This document shows positions 51,007 through 64,000 of a DNA stretch of 64,000 nucleotides, one piece after another. The first letter of the stretch is position 1; each line of letters starts with the position of its first letter. Source of the DNA: Yuukianura sp. NJ FZ-2021 (taxonomy: Eukaryota); NCBI GenBank assembly GCA_046563655.1, contig CM102284.1, positions 3,906,001-3,970,000 of the forward strand, written 5' to 3'. Made by a program: the position numbers and the translations under genes. A model generated the notes under the pieces. That model searched no databases. It saw only the letters and a list, made by a program, of their open reading frames with translations, and had not been told where the DNA came from.

Positions 51007-52059
51007 TTATTTCATTGAGTTTGCAAAATTTATCAACCCATCCAGGCACTCTTTCCCCACAATCCAAATTTCCGTTTTCTGGAACTCTTCATACCATTCC
51101 TGGACACGCGGATATTTCTGGAAATCGTACTTTCCAGTACAGTCGCAACATAGAATGGCAGTCGACAAAGCAATGTCAGCAATCGTCACTTCATCTGTTG
51201 TGAACATTGAAAAAAAATATGTAAATGTGGTTGAGAATTGTAAACTAAAATATTTCTTACTTCCAGCCACATAGTTCGTGTTTTGCTTTTTCAAAATGGC
51301 TTCAAATCCAGCCAAAGCTTTCTCCAACTTCTGCAAGCACAGCTTAGACTTTTCCGTTCCAAAAATCAGTGGTAGTACCTGCAGTCGTTCCATAAATTCA
51401 AAATTTTTATTGTTTTTTGAAAATTTCGAAACAGAAAAAACGAAATGGTAAATTTACAAAGTAGTTTGAAATGGCTGGATACAAAGTACTTTGATGGAAG
51501 GAAAGCAATTGGTTGACGAATGCTCTCTTCGTCAGCGATTCTGGATAGAAAGCTTCGTCTTTCTTGTACCTATCTGCTAAGTACTGGATGATGGCAACGC
51601 TAAACAAAAGTACATGAGAATCTATTATTGTTATCAATTTAATGTGCTCAAGTACAGAATTTATCGCTCCGTAAATGGCATGACATGGTATGCGGATTTT
51701 GAGGCAGAGAAAATTCAATTTTTTCAAAATTCTGAACAAAACATTTCACCAACAAATCATGAGGAAATATATGTGTTATTGGATTTTACCTTTCACACAA
51801 TGTAAAATTTCCATCAACTAAAATTGGCACTTGTCCAACTGGATTCAGCTGGAGAATAAGTTTTTATCAAATTTTGAAATTTTGGAAAAGCATGAATATT
51901 GAACTGAATTTTGAAACTTACTTTGAGAAATTCTGGGGTCTGATGTTCTCCCTTCTCCATGTCAACATTGATCAGTTTGTAGTCGACTTGCAAGTACTTG
52001 AGTGCCATACGCACTGCAGTCGATGGTGGACTGTCAGAAACGCTGTACAACTCCAACAT
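51007..52059 (-). CDS. Glutathione S-transferase (paralog of the adjacent gene; GSTu1/gfzf-GST-like)
   Basis: MLELYSVSDSPPSTAVRMALKYL, LNPVGQVP, AIIQYLADRY..FYP..RAFVNQLL, VTIADIAL, YPRVQEWY across short introns. Confidence 0.88.
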
Positions 52060-52594
52060 CTTCTAAGGACAATCCAAATTACTTACTAAATTTTTGCACT
52101 TGTTAGTTTAGTTATGTTAACCGAATTATGGTTACTGAATTAGCGAAGTTGATGAATTTCATAACTCTTTATAGTTCACAATTAAAGTGAAAATTTTATG
52201 AAGGAAGTTGGGAAACCACTACCACTTTCTTCCTGTATGTCCATTTTCCAGGAACTTGTAACAAAATTGTAGGAAGAGTTTACATTTTCGTAAATTTATT
52301 AACATGGTTTTGTAGAGAACAAAAGAATCGGACAATTTTCAAACAGCATTTGAAGTTGCAACTTCTTTTTAGTTCAGTTCATAAAGCATTTTGTATAATA
52401 CTATTTTTAAAAAAAAAACTGAAAAAGAGCTTTCAAACTTTGAATAAAACTGAAATTAAGCAAAATTTTAAATTCCTCAATTTAAGAAAAAATTTGAAAC
52501 AAGAAATGAAAATTTGAGAATTTCATTCTTCGACAATTGGTGGAAAGACGTAAGCGAATTTTCTGTACTCGAAGTAAAACCCATTGACCCAATT

Positions 52595-53910
52595 TCACTT
52601 GAGTTTGGACTTGTCTGTTGGATGAATTGGGTGTTGAAGGTGGGACAAATCAGGCGGATTCTGTTCAAATCCCTTCAGTTCCTCTAGCCCTTGAACTGCT
52701 ACTGCCCAGAGGTCAGGGCACTTGACCTTGTACCCCTCGTACCACCCCTTGATCAGGGGAAATGCACTCAAGGTCTCTTCGAACTCAGCCATGGCCTCCA
52801 AACACACCAAGTCCATCACCAGCGGCAAATCAGCAATCGTCACGTTTTCTAAATATCAAGAAGCTCAGAAATTCAAATATATTATAAAACTATTAATTTA
52901 TATATTAAAAACTCTATTGCCAACAGCTAACCTCCAACTACGTACGGCGTCCCTCCGCGTTTCAAATATTCTTCAAAAACTTTCAGCGAACGAACAAGCT
53001 TCTTTAAATTTTCTTCCGTCCTTGGATACGCGTAGAACAAAGGCAAAAGCTGTAAATTGAAAAAAAGCAATTGGGAATCAATTAAAATCGATACTTTTAA
53101 TCCATAGTTTAACTAAATTGTTTGTATTTTCTTCATTTTTAGATTGATTGCTCCAGATTTGGAAATGTAATACCATGTAATCCAGAATACTTCTGTAGAG
53201 TGTAGTTAAGTGGAAGGCAAGGCGTTGGTTCACAAGTGCGCGTTCTTTTGGATCCGTCGGGTAAAAAGTTTCATCCTTCTTGTACTTGTCCCCCAAATAT
53301 TGCAAAATTGCAACGCTAATTAAGTAGTATCAGAAAGTAGCAAAAAATAGTCTCGGATGATTTCAAAATTTCACTTTTCTTTCAAGGTTTTTGCAAATTA
53401 CCTCTCATTTAGCGTGAAGTCATTGTCAACCAACAGTGGAACTTCGCCCTGAGGATTTTTCTGAAATACAAAAAGACCAAAATTTACTGCAAAAAACGTA
53501 TCGCTGTTACTAAAACGCAAAAAAAAACAAAGCAAAAGCAAACATCTGAAAAATTTTATATCACACTATTTCCCAAAAAAATCAAGGTCGGCTAAACAAA
53601 TCTCGAGTTTTTTCCACACATAAACTTCCTGAGTCATCAAAAACCGTGACAGAACAAAAATTTGGCTTGGACACGCGAAATGCCAATGGTCATCATGCAA
53701 AATTGAAATTTGAAATTCAAACTCAAAATTTCAATTGGAAATTTAAAATTCAGAATTTTCTTTTAGTACCTCCAAATATTCTGGAGTAAGATGCTCTCCA
53801 GCAGCAAAATCGACGTTGATCAGTTCATATTCGATTTCAAGGTACTTAAGGGCCATTCGCACAGCAAGTGTCGGCGGACTATCAGAAACGCTGTACAGCT
53901 TAAGTCCCAT
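52595..53910 (-). CDS. Glutathione S-transferase resembling the insect unclassified GSTu1 / gfzf GST domain
   Basis: MGLKLYSVSDSPPTLAVRMALKYL, NPQGEVP, LNE|S, QYLGDKY, VNQRLAF, TIADL and the characteristic C-terminal FEQNPPDLSHLQHPIHP. Confidence 0.9.
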
Positions 53911-56900
53911 GATATCTTGCCGTTTAATATAGATTGGACCAGTGGAATATGGAGTGACCTCTGACCCCGCGGAGTCTTGGAAGTGACCTGTAGGTGACCT
54001 TTTCAGTTTAGACGAATGTCTTGAAGCGTCGTTCTTAATGTAGCGGTGAGTCAACTGTGGCGGTGGAGGATCCGTTGCCTTTTCGTCTGTTGGAGCGGAA
54101 CTGTCTGAAATGGATCCAATTTTTCCACGGTGATGTGCTGCCAACAATTCTTTACAGGGTGGACATGCCTTGAGCTTCGAAGCACAACCCCCCACTGTAA
54201 CAACAATTGAAATTCTAAACTTCATTGTTAACATACTAATCGTTTAAGCCTTGAGAGGAATTGGTAAGGTTAATGAACGGACACGCCCTTCTTTAAATCT
54301 GCAGAAACTTTTCAATCCCACCATTGATTTTCTTAAAGCTAACAGAAAAACGGATTTGGAGCAGAATTTTAAGCAAAACATGTCAATAAAGAGCTTTCGA
54401 TCGGAAAAATATGAATTATGAGTTTAAGCGGTGTTGGAATTCAATTCAGGTTTTCAATCAAAGTTTCCTCTTTCTCTGTAAAAATTGAACTAACCGAAAT
54501 GGTTTTCAATAATTCAAACCAGCTTTGCCATTGGCGAGTCCAGTTAATTTATGGATTCAGAAAACTTCTGAAAATTGGTCTACTTAAATCAAACAATTTC
54601 CAAAAATTGGAAAAAGGAGTGACCACAAACCATCCTTCTTGTTTTGGCTTGTTCAAAATTCATAGTTTTGCTTTCACTTACTTTTAGGTATTTGTAACCG
54701 ATATGCTGAATTTTGTCAATATTTGTTTAGATATCCACCAACTAGACTTGGCCAAAAATTGTTCAAATCGAAAAGAAAGTATGAACACGAAAATTCAATT
54801 TTGATGCGTTAGCCGTAGCACTGTTTGAAAGAGAAAGTTTGTGTAACTTGCAAGGAGAAATTGCAGAAACTCTGCACTACCTGAGTTGAAATTTGGTGGC
54901 AGACTGATATGGCATGTTTCCAAAACTTTCTTCGGTTTTTATTTTGAAAGCAGAATGTGTGTTATTTTCCGGAGTGGAAAAATCCTTGGTGGTTTGTTCA
55001 CATTTGACGTGACCTTTGAACTTTCTCCTCCCAAAACCATTTAAGGTTCCAGTCGAGAAACTATTATAACAAATCCCTCATTTACCAAAAACCTTTGATG
55101 AAAAAACACAATTCCCATGGAGTAAGTTCAACCATTTTCCATATTGCACGGAATATTGATCTCTACATGCTAAAACACTTAATTCCGGGGAGTTAAATCA
55201 AAGGTCAAAGGCATTAGACGTTTACAGCGACTTTTGACAAATGACTACCAACCGACACGACAACCCTCTCATGCTACGTTCCGCTGCATTCCTTCTTCTC
55301 TTGTTTGGGAACAGTAAAAAAAATCCAGGAAAGCAAGCGTGACACCAAAGGGAAAGCTAACTTTCTCCAATTTATTTATTTTTTCAGTTTTTTTGACAAG
55401 GATTTGCGTGTGTTGTGTCCTGCTGACCCAAATTAAACAATTGATTGAAATGAAAGGGGAGCGTCTTAGATGCAATGATTTTTGGAATTAGTACTACGCT
55501 TATTACGCTTTGTTTGTCAAGCTATTAACAGGCTGTTCCAGTGTTCCGGAAAAGTGGACAAAGTAATCAATGCGTTGGTGGATTCTATTGTGCCTGAATT
55601 AAAAATTCGGGTTATCCAATATCTAATTTTCGACAATTAATTGCGAAAAATAGCGCTCAGCGTAGTGCTGTAGAACTACGTTTCACTAGCACTTCCGGAT
55701 TCTTTGAACCTTTCGTGTATCCGTAGCCCAAGGAAAATTTTTTGGCATTTCTTTTTGTTCGTTTTCAATAGATTTGTGCTAAAAAGCACGAAAAAGGCTT
55801 CCTGAACACCTCCTGGAAGTAACAGAAGTAACACAATACAATACTGTACTGTGTCTAATATTTGAAAAATTTTGCCACAAGATGCACTGACTGTTGTTCA
55901 TAAAAGTCACACGCCATTTTAATCTAAATGCAGAACGTAATGGTTAGGAAACATGCGAAAATGAAAACGAAGGACTGTGTAACATGCAACTCACAGCTAT
56001 CAATTCCAAGTGATGGCAATTTATCTACTTAATTTCTACAAGAATCTTCGTTTTGACACTCTTTAAGTACATAATTGAAGGAAAACCGCTTCAATTTCAG
56101 TTGTTTTCGGTTTACTTTTGTTGCCATTAATTTGGCTCATCCAACTCTGCAAAATTCAACATCCCAAGCCCAAAATCAAAGAATTCTTGAATGGTGTAAC
56201 GATAAAACAGACAAACATGTACAATTTCACAGGTCACGTGACGTAATTGACCTGACCTTGTAGCATTTTGTGTTTCATGTTATGATGGATTGAGATTCTA
56301 ATGCTGTGTAATAGGTTTACAAGGTCATCGGTTTTCAAGCCTAATCGAAATCTCTTTAAAAACACCATTTCGGGAGGCGTTACGTAGTTAGAATGTGGAT
56401 GACAAAATAGAGACTGCATTTAAACAGTTTTTTTTAACCCAGGTTTGGCTTCTGGCTACAGGGTTTAAATTTCAAGGTTGTCCACATTGTAAATGTCGTT
56501 TAGTAGTAACTAATTATGTGAAACACCAAAGGTTGTGTTCTTTTAGACTCACATTTGTGATACAATAACAATGATTTGAGAAACTCGTCAGAACACGTAT
56601 AGGAAAGAGAGTTGTATTGCGGCTTAATACAACAGGCAACTTCTAATTAGTGAAATAGTAAATAGTAAGTATCCATTGGCGTAACCTATGCTTCCAATAT
56701 GGAGAGAACCTCTGCCAGTTTCTGCCTCGTCACTGTGAACTCTTTTCTGGAGAGAAGAAGTACTGCCCCTGGAGAAGAAGTTGAGACGTCAAGTTGAAGG
56801 TGCTACGTTGGTAAAAGATAAAATTAAAATCTGACCTACCACACGAACACAGATGCAAAATAAAAATCAACACTTACGAAGATCCGTTGTGATGCCAAAA

Positions 56901-57916
56901 GGTCATCTCTAATTGTAGGATTCAAAACACTTGGATACGGTACATCACCAAATCTAGCCGCTGCCTGAAAAACAATCACATGGTTTTCCTCATGGTCATG
57001 GTTTCATATCTAACCGGGTAACCAACATGTCAACCTTAAGGTAATATTACCTTACCAAACTTCCAAACTGTCGTTGACGCGGTATACTCCTAACGCCAAT
57101 TCCGGATTCCACCGTAGCCACCGGCTCCGCGATAAGACCCACTCTCTCCATAGGTCTGTCCCTGCACCCAGTGAGGCGCACCCGCTTGGAGTTGATGCTG
57201 TTGCACGGCGACATTTCGCGCTTGCGGATTGGGATTTCCTGGTAGTGCACCAGCGGCGGCTCCCCGTTGTCGTTGCCAGTAGAACGGGTATTGGACGCCA
57301 TTCTCGATGCTGACAGGATGGAGAACAGCTCGATAATCAAAATCGTTCCTAATGGGATATAAATTGAACTTCTCTAATCAGCTGGGAAATTGAACGCTTC
57401 AAATAAGTGCCTTACGGTAATTTTGTTGAAGCGTGAACTACGGGCGGCGAGAACCAAGAGGTATTTTCCTGGTGGCAGAGATATCCACTTGGAATGGTTT
57501 CAAACCGTCCACTAGTTGTCAGAAATGCTTCTGCAAGAGCCTCACGGTATTTAGCGATACTGTAGTCAAGTACTACTTGATTGATGTTCGCTACCACCTG
57601 ACCCTCATAGGTAGTTAGCTAGCTAGTCCTTGAATCGTACGATCGAACTGGTCTGGTACTAATGAATGACACGGCAGGGCGCGAGTGCACAATACGTCCT
57701 TCGTGTTGCGCTAATTGACAAACTAAAACAGGAACGATGGGTTCAATATTTCCCGAGAACATATTCCTCGTCTAGACTTAAAATAATAAAATCTGAACTC
57801 TACTAAAAATACTAATCTACTGCCGTCGGAATTTTAAACCTTACGTCAACGTATCGAATCACAGTGAGGTAAACACAAGTCAATAAGAACCAAAGAATGT
57901 TCCGTTCCGAGCAAGT

Positions 57917-58116
57917 TATAGTTGGGGCAACCAAAATAGACCCAAGTTTTTCTAGAGGATACTCGCACTCACGCCCTTCTCCAACTGGCACCCGCTTCTC
58001 CACTCAACTCCAAAATGAACCTCCCATCTAAGAAGAGACTGCCACAAGCTTTACAGAGGTGTGAGTGCGAGTATCCTCTAGAAAAACTTGGGTCTATTTT
58101 GGTTGCCCCAACTATA
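57917..58116. mobile_element. MITE with perfect ~56-bp inverted repeats and TA ends (Tc1/mariner-like)
   Basis: 57917-57972 (TATAGTTGGGGCAACCAAAATAGACCC...CACTCAC) is the reverse complement of 58061-58116, with an 88-bp spacer. Confidence 0.8.
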
Positions 58117-58209
58117 GTGTGAGGAAGTCCCATTCGTAAATGTAAATCTGTTACCGAACACACTCGCAGCCAGATATCAATTCATCGCAGTAATACCCGT
58201 ACACCGTTG

Positions 58210-58697
58210 GGCATATGGGGCTCAAGCAAATATTATATTTTGCAATATTTGCTTGACCCCCATATGCAAATATTCCAACATTGAAGTTTTAAAAAAGCCA
58301 AAATCAGCGGTTAAGCATAGTCGTTGATACCAAAATTTAATTTTTCTTAATTTTGAGCCAAACGTATGGAAAAAGTTTTTAAAAAAATTATTTTAAATAT
58401 TTTGAAAAACTTGGTTTTCAGAAGCTCAGGCTTTTGGCTAACTTTCTCCATACAACTCTATAGATTTCATCTCCACAAAAATCGAAAATTTAGTGAATAA
58501 AGAACTAGAAAAAGTCAAAAATCCTGAATTTTCTTACTTCATTTTATTTACTAGGCTCAAAAAGAATAAAAATGAAGAAAAATTAAATTTTGGTATCAGC
58601 GATTACGCTTAATCGCTGATTTTGGCTTTTTTAAAACTTCAATTCTGAAATCCTTGCATATGGGGCACAAGCAAATATTATATTTTGCAATATTTAT
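58210..58697. repeat. Compound palindromic repeat, probable non-autonomous DNA transposon remnant
   Basis: Hairpin at 58210-58267, inverted arms ~58243-58350 and ~58573-58680, direct repeat GCATATGGGGC.CAAGCAAATATTATATTTTGCAATATTT at 58210 and ~58655. Confidence 0.7.
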
Positions 58698-59307
58698 TGC
58701 AAAACCTATTTTATTTTACCTATTATTTTATTATTTTACAGTATTATTTTAACCAAATAATAAGCCGCAATACCACTCTCTTTCCTATACGTGCTCGTCG
58801 TCAAGTTTTATGCAAGCCAAGCTGCAGAATTGCATTCTGGAGCATGAAGCTTGACTTTAGAGATGAGCGAGGGACGCTTTTTAGTTTCTGTTGAATTCAT
58901 AGCGTAGTGAATTTGATTCGTTCTGATCTGAACTCTGGATCTGTAGTTGCTTTGAGTGACACATCTTCGCATTTGATAGTGGAAATTGTTTTTTATTGCT
59001 GCTTGACCTTATAGTAACTAAAAGCCTCCAGTTCGTACAGCTTTTCATTCCAATTTTTACCTATTAATTTCTGGTTATTGTGAATACTTAAAGTATCCAC
59101 AGCGTAGAAATTTCCACCCACTTTTTTGTTACGTGAACTTCTAGCCACATCGTCCATCATCCAAGCTTTTCTTTCAGTTTCCAGTTAACAATCTTGCAAG
59201 AAGGACGCAACCAGTATTCTGTACAGTTGAACTGTTCATTCACAGGGTACCGAATAGAACAATAGCATCTCTTTTCCAGCAGCGACTAAAGGAACAACTT
59301 GCATAAA

Positions 59308-60277
59308 ATGGGAATCAAGCTTTACTGGATGCCATTCTCCGCCCCGTGGTTTGTCACAATATAATTTAGAATTGGAATTGAAACAACTGCTAAAATAATA
59401 ATTTTCTGACACTTCTGCTTATTAGTCGGGCTATCACGATGTGCGCCAAGGCTCTCGGAGTGGAGCTGGAACTGGTCCAGGTCAACTTGCTAGCTGGGGA
59501 ACACATGACCCCGGAGTACATCAAGGTAAGACGTTTTTTTAAGAAAAGCTGACAAAGACAAGGTCAAGGTCACAGCTATTTGAACTTCCGACAAATTTTG
59601 GCAGATGAATCCTCAACACACAATTCCAGTGTTGGAAGACGGCGACTTGGTCATCGCGGAGAGTCGTGCAGCTTTGCAGTACTTGGGGAATGCCCACGCC
59701 AAGGACGACTGTCTGTACCCGAAGGATCCCAAGAAGCGAGCCATGGTGGATCAGCGACTCTTCTTCGACGCATGCTCACTTTATACATCTTTCATGAACG
59801 CATATGTAAGACATTGGGCTTGTCGCTTACATTCCGCATTACTTTGCCCTTACACGGATCTTTACGAAAGTAATCTTTGTATTTGCATAGTATGTCATCT
59901 TCCTTGAAAAGAAACGTCCAGAAGAAGCCAAGATCCAAAAATTCGACGAGAAGTTGGGATTTTTGGAAGAATTTCTCACACGGACCAAGTTTGCTGCAGG
60001 AGACAACCTTACTATCGCTGGTAAATTCAGCTACGTTAAGAAATACTTAGAACTGGTTTTTTAAAAATTTCACACACTGATGTCTGTGATAGATTTTTCG
60101 ATTGTTGCTACACTGACAACTGCAGAAGTTTCTGGACACTCCATGGCCAAATATCCTAAAATCACTGCATATTTGGCTACATGCAAGACTCTGATTGATG
60201 ACTACGAAGAGGTCAACGGAAAAGGTGCCACGGAATTTGCCAATTTCATCAACGGTATCCTCAAAGATCTTCCTTAA
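59308..60277 (+). CDS. Glutathione S-transferase, delta/epsilon-like
   Basis: [17 protein letters not shown]...[48 protein letters not shown]...[10 protein letters not shown]. Confidence 0.92.
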
Positions 60278-61400
60278 ATAAAACATAAAATTACTCCGTT
60301 CATCGTCAAACACAGTTTCAGAATCAATTATCAGTAACTTTCCTATCACAAGTTCAACTTAAAATGTTAATATTCAGGCCAGGCTTCCCCAAAAAAAGTA
60401 CAAGTTAAATTCCAATTTGCAACGTCTATCCAACAACCGAACTCTAAACAATAAATCGGTGAATCTGTCTGTCGTTCTTTGTTTGCAAAGTTTCTAACAA
60501 TTGATTAACTTTTGCTGAAAACTGGGAAAATTGCGTGACTGAGAATGAGATGATGATTCGATGACGCCTACTAGTCTCATCGCTTTGTGAAATGTCACGA
60601 ATGAGTGTTTTGAATCTAACAGCCATCGAATTATGGTCTTTGAATGACTTGTTCATTCAACAATCGTTTACTGATTTGGCGTGTTTGGTAAGCTTAGGGT
60701 CGCCATTTTGTCTCTTCAGCATGTCATTTATCTGTTGCATCTTCTGCATTCTGCAACTTTTACCATTGCACATCCACTCCGTGTCCGTCCCACTTGCCCG
60801 TATACCCAAAGAAGGAATGGAATACCCTAAACCCACCCATATTAGCCCCTCTACCACCCGGACCATTGCACTGCACACAAGGAAAGGAACGGCATGCATC
60901 CATGCATCAATTCTGCACAATTCGAGAATTCTAAAAATCTCTCACCCTAGTAAACAAAACAACTGAGGAAGGAGTATCAACATTAGTGGAATAAGACCAG
61001 AGGTAAGAAACTTACTTGTTTGAAACTTGGTTAATCAGTTAACTGCTGACAACGTACCGTTACGAGAGGTGTGTGTGTAAGTTTATATAAGTGAGCTAAT
61101 TTAATTTGATATGAGTCATCCTCATCATCAGCTGTTTTACTCATTTGTATTGTAGGAATGTATTTGATTAAAATTTTGACCACTTCTTATTATAGGCGGA
61201 GCATAATCAAGCCGAGGACGCCAATTAAATTGAGATAATCAACGTGTTTGCCAATTCTGGTTAGCTGAGTTCACAGCTGGTAAGATTCTAAGCTTTCACA
61301 ATTTGGTTCACTTCAACAACTCGCTACAGGAGAGGAAAGTAATATTTTTGTGATATTCAATTAGCTAAACGAATACGGACACGGAGTAGGACCGTAAGAA

Positions 61401-63543
61401 ATGGCGGACAGTGCGAGCGAGAGTGATTCGAGCTCCACCCAAGATGGAACGATGATGCCTCCATCGCCAGTGACGAGAGAGCAACTACACAAGCGGATCG
61501 AGTCCCTTCAGCAGCAAAATCGTGTGCTCAAGGTTGAGTTGGACACGTACAAACTACGGGTCAAAACGCTACAGGAGGAAGCCCGTTCTCTTCGTCAAAC
61601 ATCTGTGAACATTGTAAGCTAAATGCTTCGATAGCAGAGTTGCGTGATTTAATAGGTTAACGAAGTAGTAACCACTGTAACTTTATAATTTGCAGCAAGC
61701 CAAAGCAGAACAGGAAGAAGAATTCATTTCAAACACACTGATGAAACAGATTCAGACACTAAAAAAGGAAAAGGAAACATTGGCTCACACTTTTGAGCAA
61801 GAGGAGGAGTGTTTGACCAACGACTTGTCCAGAAAATTAAACAAGGTGCCTATAGATTGAAAGTCTAAATTAAGTGTATGAACTCTGTGTCGCTTACTTA
61901 TGAATATTTGTAGCTCCGTGCTGAGAAATGTAAACTCGAGCAAACTCTGGAACAAGAGCAAGAATGTCTTGTGAACAAGCTAATGAGGAAGATTGAAAAA
62001 TTGGAAGCGGAAACTTGTGCAAAGCAAAACAATCTGGATCAGCTCCGACGAGAGAAGGTTGAATTAGAAAATACGCTTGAACAGGAGCAGGAGGCTTTGG
62101 TAAATCGTTTATGGAAGCGAATGGACAAATTGGAGGCTGAAAAACGGTAATATTGAATATAATTTTAAAATTCTAGAATTTAATAAGATTAAATGACTTT
62201 ATTAGCGTAAAAGGAAAGTTACTTATTTTGATGTATTGTACTTCCCTGTTCAGGAATCTCCAAAACAAGGTCAGCAATTCACTCAGCTTGAATGTGTTGG
62301 GAGGTCCGGTCACAAGTACCACTAGCTCTGTACCTTTGGTGACAGAAATCCAATTCGGCAACAACAACAGGATTCGCCGCCGAAGTTCTGGCAGCCAGAC
62401 GTTGCAAGGCTTGAACAATTCTCACATGGACAGCAGTAGTGGAAGCATAAGCATGAACTCTGATCCTCAAAAGCATGTGCCAGGAGGCGACAGAAATGCA
62501 GTTTCAACTACGGAAATGGACATCATCTCAATGACTGGGAATGTTCAGCATCTAAGAAACGAGGTGGAGAGACTCAAAGCCCAACTGGCTATTGCTCAGA
62601 ATCAGCGTAAGACTTAAAAAAAATAGAAGATAAACAGCGAAATACTTGGTACTTACTTTTACTTTCATGAAACGTCCATTTTTCAGATACAGAGAAAATG
62701 TGTCACTTTGCAATGGAGGAACGTCAGATTCGTGACGAAAATCTACGTCTGCAACGTCGCTTGCAGTTGGAGATGGAAAGACGGGAACAGTTGTGTCGCC
62801 ATTTGTCAGAATCCGAATCTTCTCTTGAAATGGAAGATGAGCGACATTTTCATGAGTCACTTGTTGGGAGTGGAGCAGTCGCTCCTTCTGGACTTCCTCA
62901 CAATTCAATTAGCAGTGGGTCACTTGTTCCAGTCAGACCGAGACCAGGCTCGTCTCCTGGTCCATTCATGCCTTCACCAGGGAGTGGATCTCGCCCTCTC
63001 AGCCCTGGTAAAATTCCTTATTTTTCAATTATTTTTGAACTTTGATTCATACAGCACTCGAAACATATATTTTGACAGGACTTCATTTGGGAAATCGCAC
63101 TGAGCGTGACATCATGAGTCCTCCTAGCCCAGTGAACCGTTGTAACGTCTGTAATGGTCACGGATGGATCCAACCACTCCTGGTCTCCACCACCAACAAC
63201 TCTGGTCCTTTCTCTCAAGTCGTTTCTTCTTCGTCACCGCCCATCAGACATTCCGGAAATCGCGAGCGATTTGCTCGTCCTGCTCCACCAGCGGGTTCGT
63301 TGAATCTCAGAATATTAATAGTTTCAATGAGATGCTAAAAGTTCCAGTGAGACGAGAAGCCGGACTTGTTAACTGAAGAAGTTTTTTTTTCTATTTGCAG
63401 CGGGTGACAGAAACCAAGATCGAGAGCCAAGGACTCCTGGCGACAGCACCATGTCCAGCCCATCTCCAAGTCCTGCTCCCTTTGAAGTTTTGAGCCCCTC
63501 TGCCCCCTCTCCTTCGCCTATGGACACTTCTACCAAAAATTGA
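61401..63543 (+). CDS. CCDC6: Coiled-coil domain-containing protein 6
   Basis: MADSASESD start, [82 protein letters not shown]. The 3' end is inferred from splicing. Confidence 0.92.
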
Positions 63544-64000
63544 CTCTTTGATGCTGTTCGAAATTACAACACTCAACAATCCTTCTGTGTTTCTAGATTT
63601 GATGGCATAACCGTTTTGGGGAAGACGAATCGTATTGTTAATATTCGGATATAAATGGGTTCATCACGGCCAGGGAGAAAACATGAACAAGTCGCTGCAG
63701 CAGCATTATTTTTTATTTCCTAAGCTGAATCCATAAGCAAAGACTTTCTGGATCATATTAACTTATAGTTAACGTTAAGTATTAACTAAACTAAGCATGC
63801 TGAGTTAATTAATGTTATGTTCTTAAGTGTGAAGCATGGACTCCCGCCCCTACTTTGTTTTCTACCAAATTAAGTCCAAGGGTCATGTTGCTGCTGTATT
63901 TGTCCCTGTTCTACTCATTAAATTCTCTAATTCATAAAAAGTCAAACTTCTAAACAATTTTTTTTCATATTTTGTTTTTAGAAATTGTGAGAAAGCTACT

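Noticed and set aside
1-64000. tRNA/rRNA genes or horizontally acquired bacterial operons
   Set aside because: None recognised by eye. All host genes found are intron-containing eukaryotic types. A tRNAscan/Infernal run would be needed to exclude small RNAs.

Overview
AT-rich eukaryotic DNA with compact genes and short (about 60-120 bp) GT-AG introns. The gene content points to an arthropod, plausibly a hexapod such as a springtail (inference only). Host genes: a clan-3-like cytochrome P450, IFT22/RABL5, three small secreted proteins, a coiled-coil protein, an atonal/amos-type bHLH gene inside a roughly 30 kb gene-poor region, a DPP4-family peptidase, a Siah/Sina-type E3 ligase, three GSTs and CCDC6. 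The standout is a young, full-length Ty1/copia LTR retrotransposon (14494-21910, minus strand; near-identical LTRs, GTCAT target-site duplication, tRNA-iMet primer site). Its polyprotein carries two tandem aspartic-protease domains and runs without a stop past RNase H into a ~535-aa segment with class I viral fusion glycoprotein architecture, making it a candidate enveloped animal copia element. Other notable items: a tandemly duplicated alternative bHLH exon, a GST whose predicted start codon is split by an intron to give an MGGCASK lipid-anchor motif, a DPP4 with a GPI-like tail, a Foldback/Mutator-like element with a 9-bp TSD, and strong enrichment of an AAGGGCCC motif around the bHLH gene. 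Exon boundaries were read by eye and are predictions.
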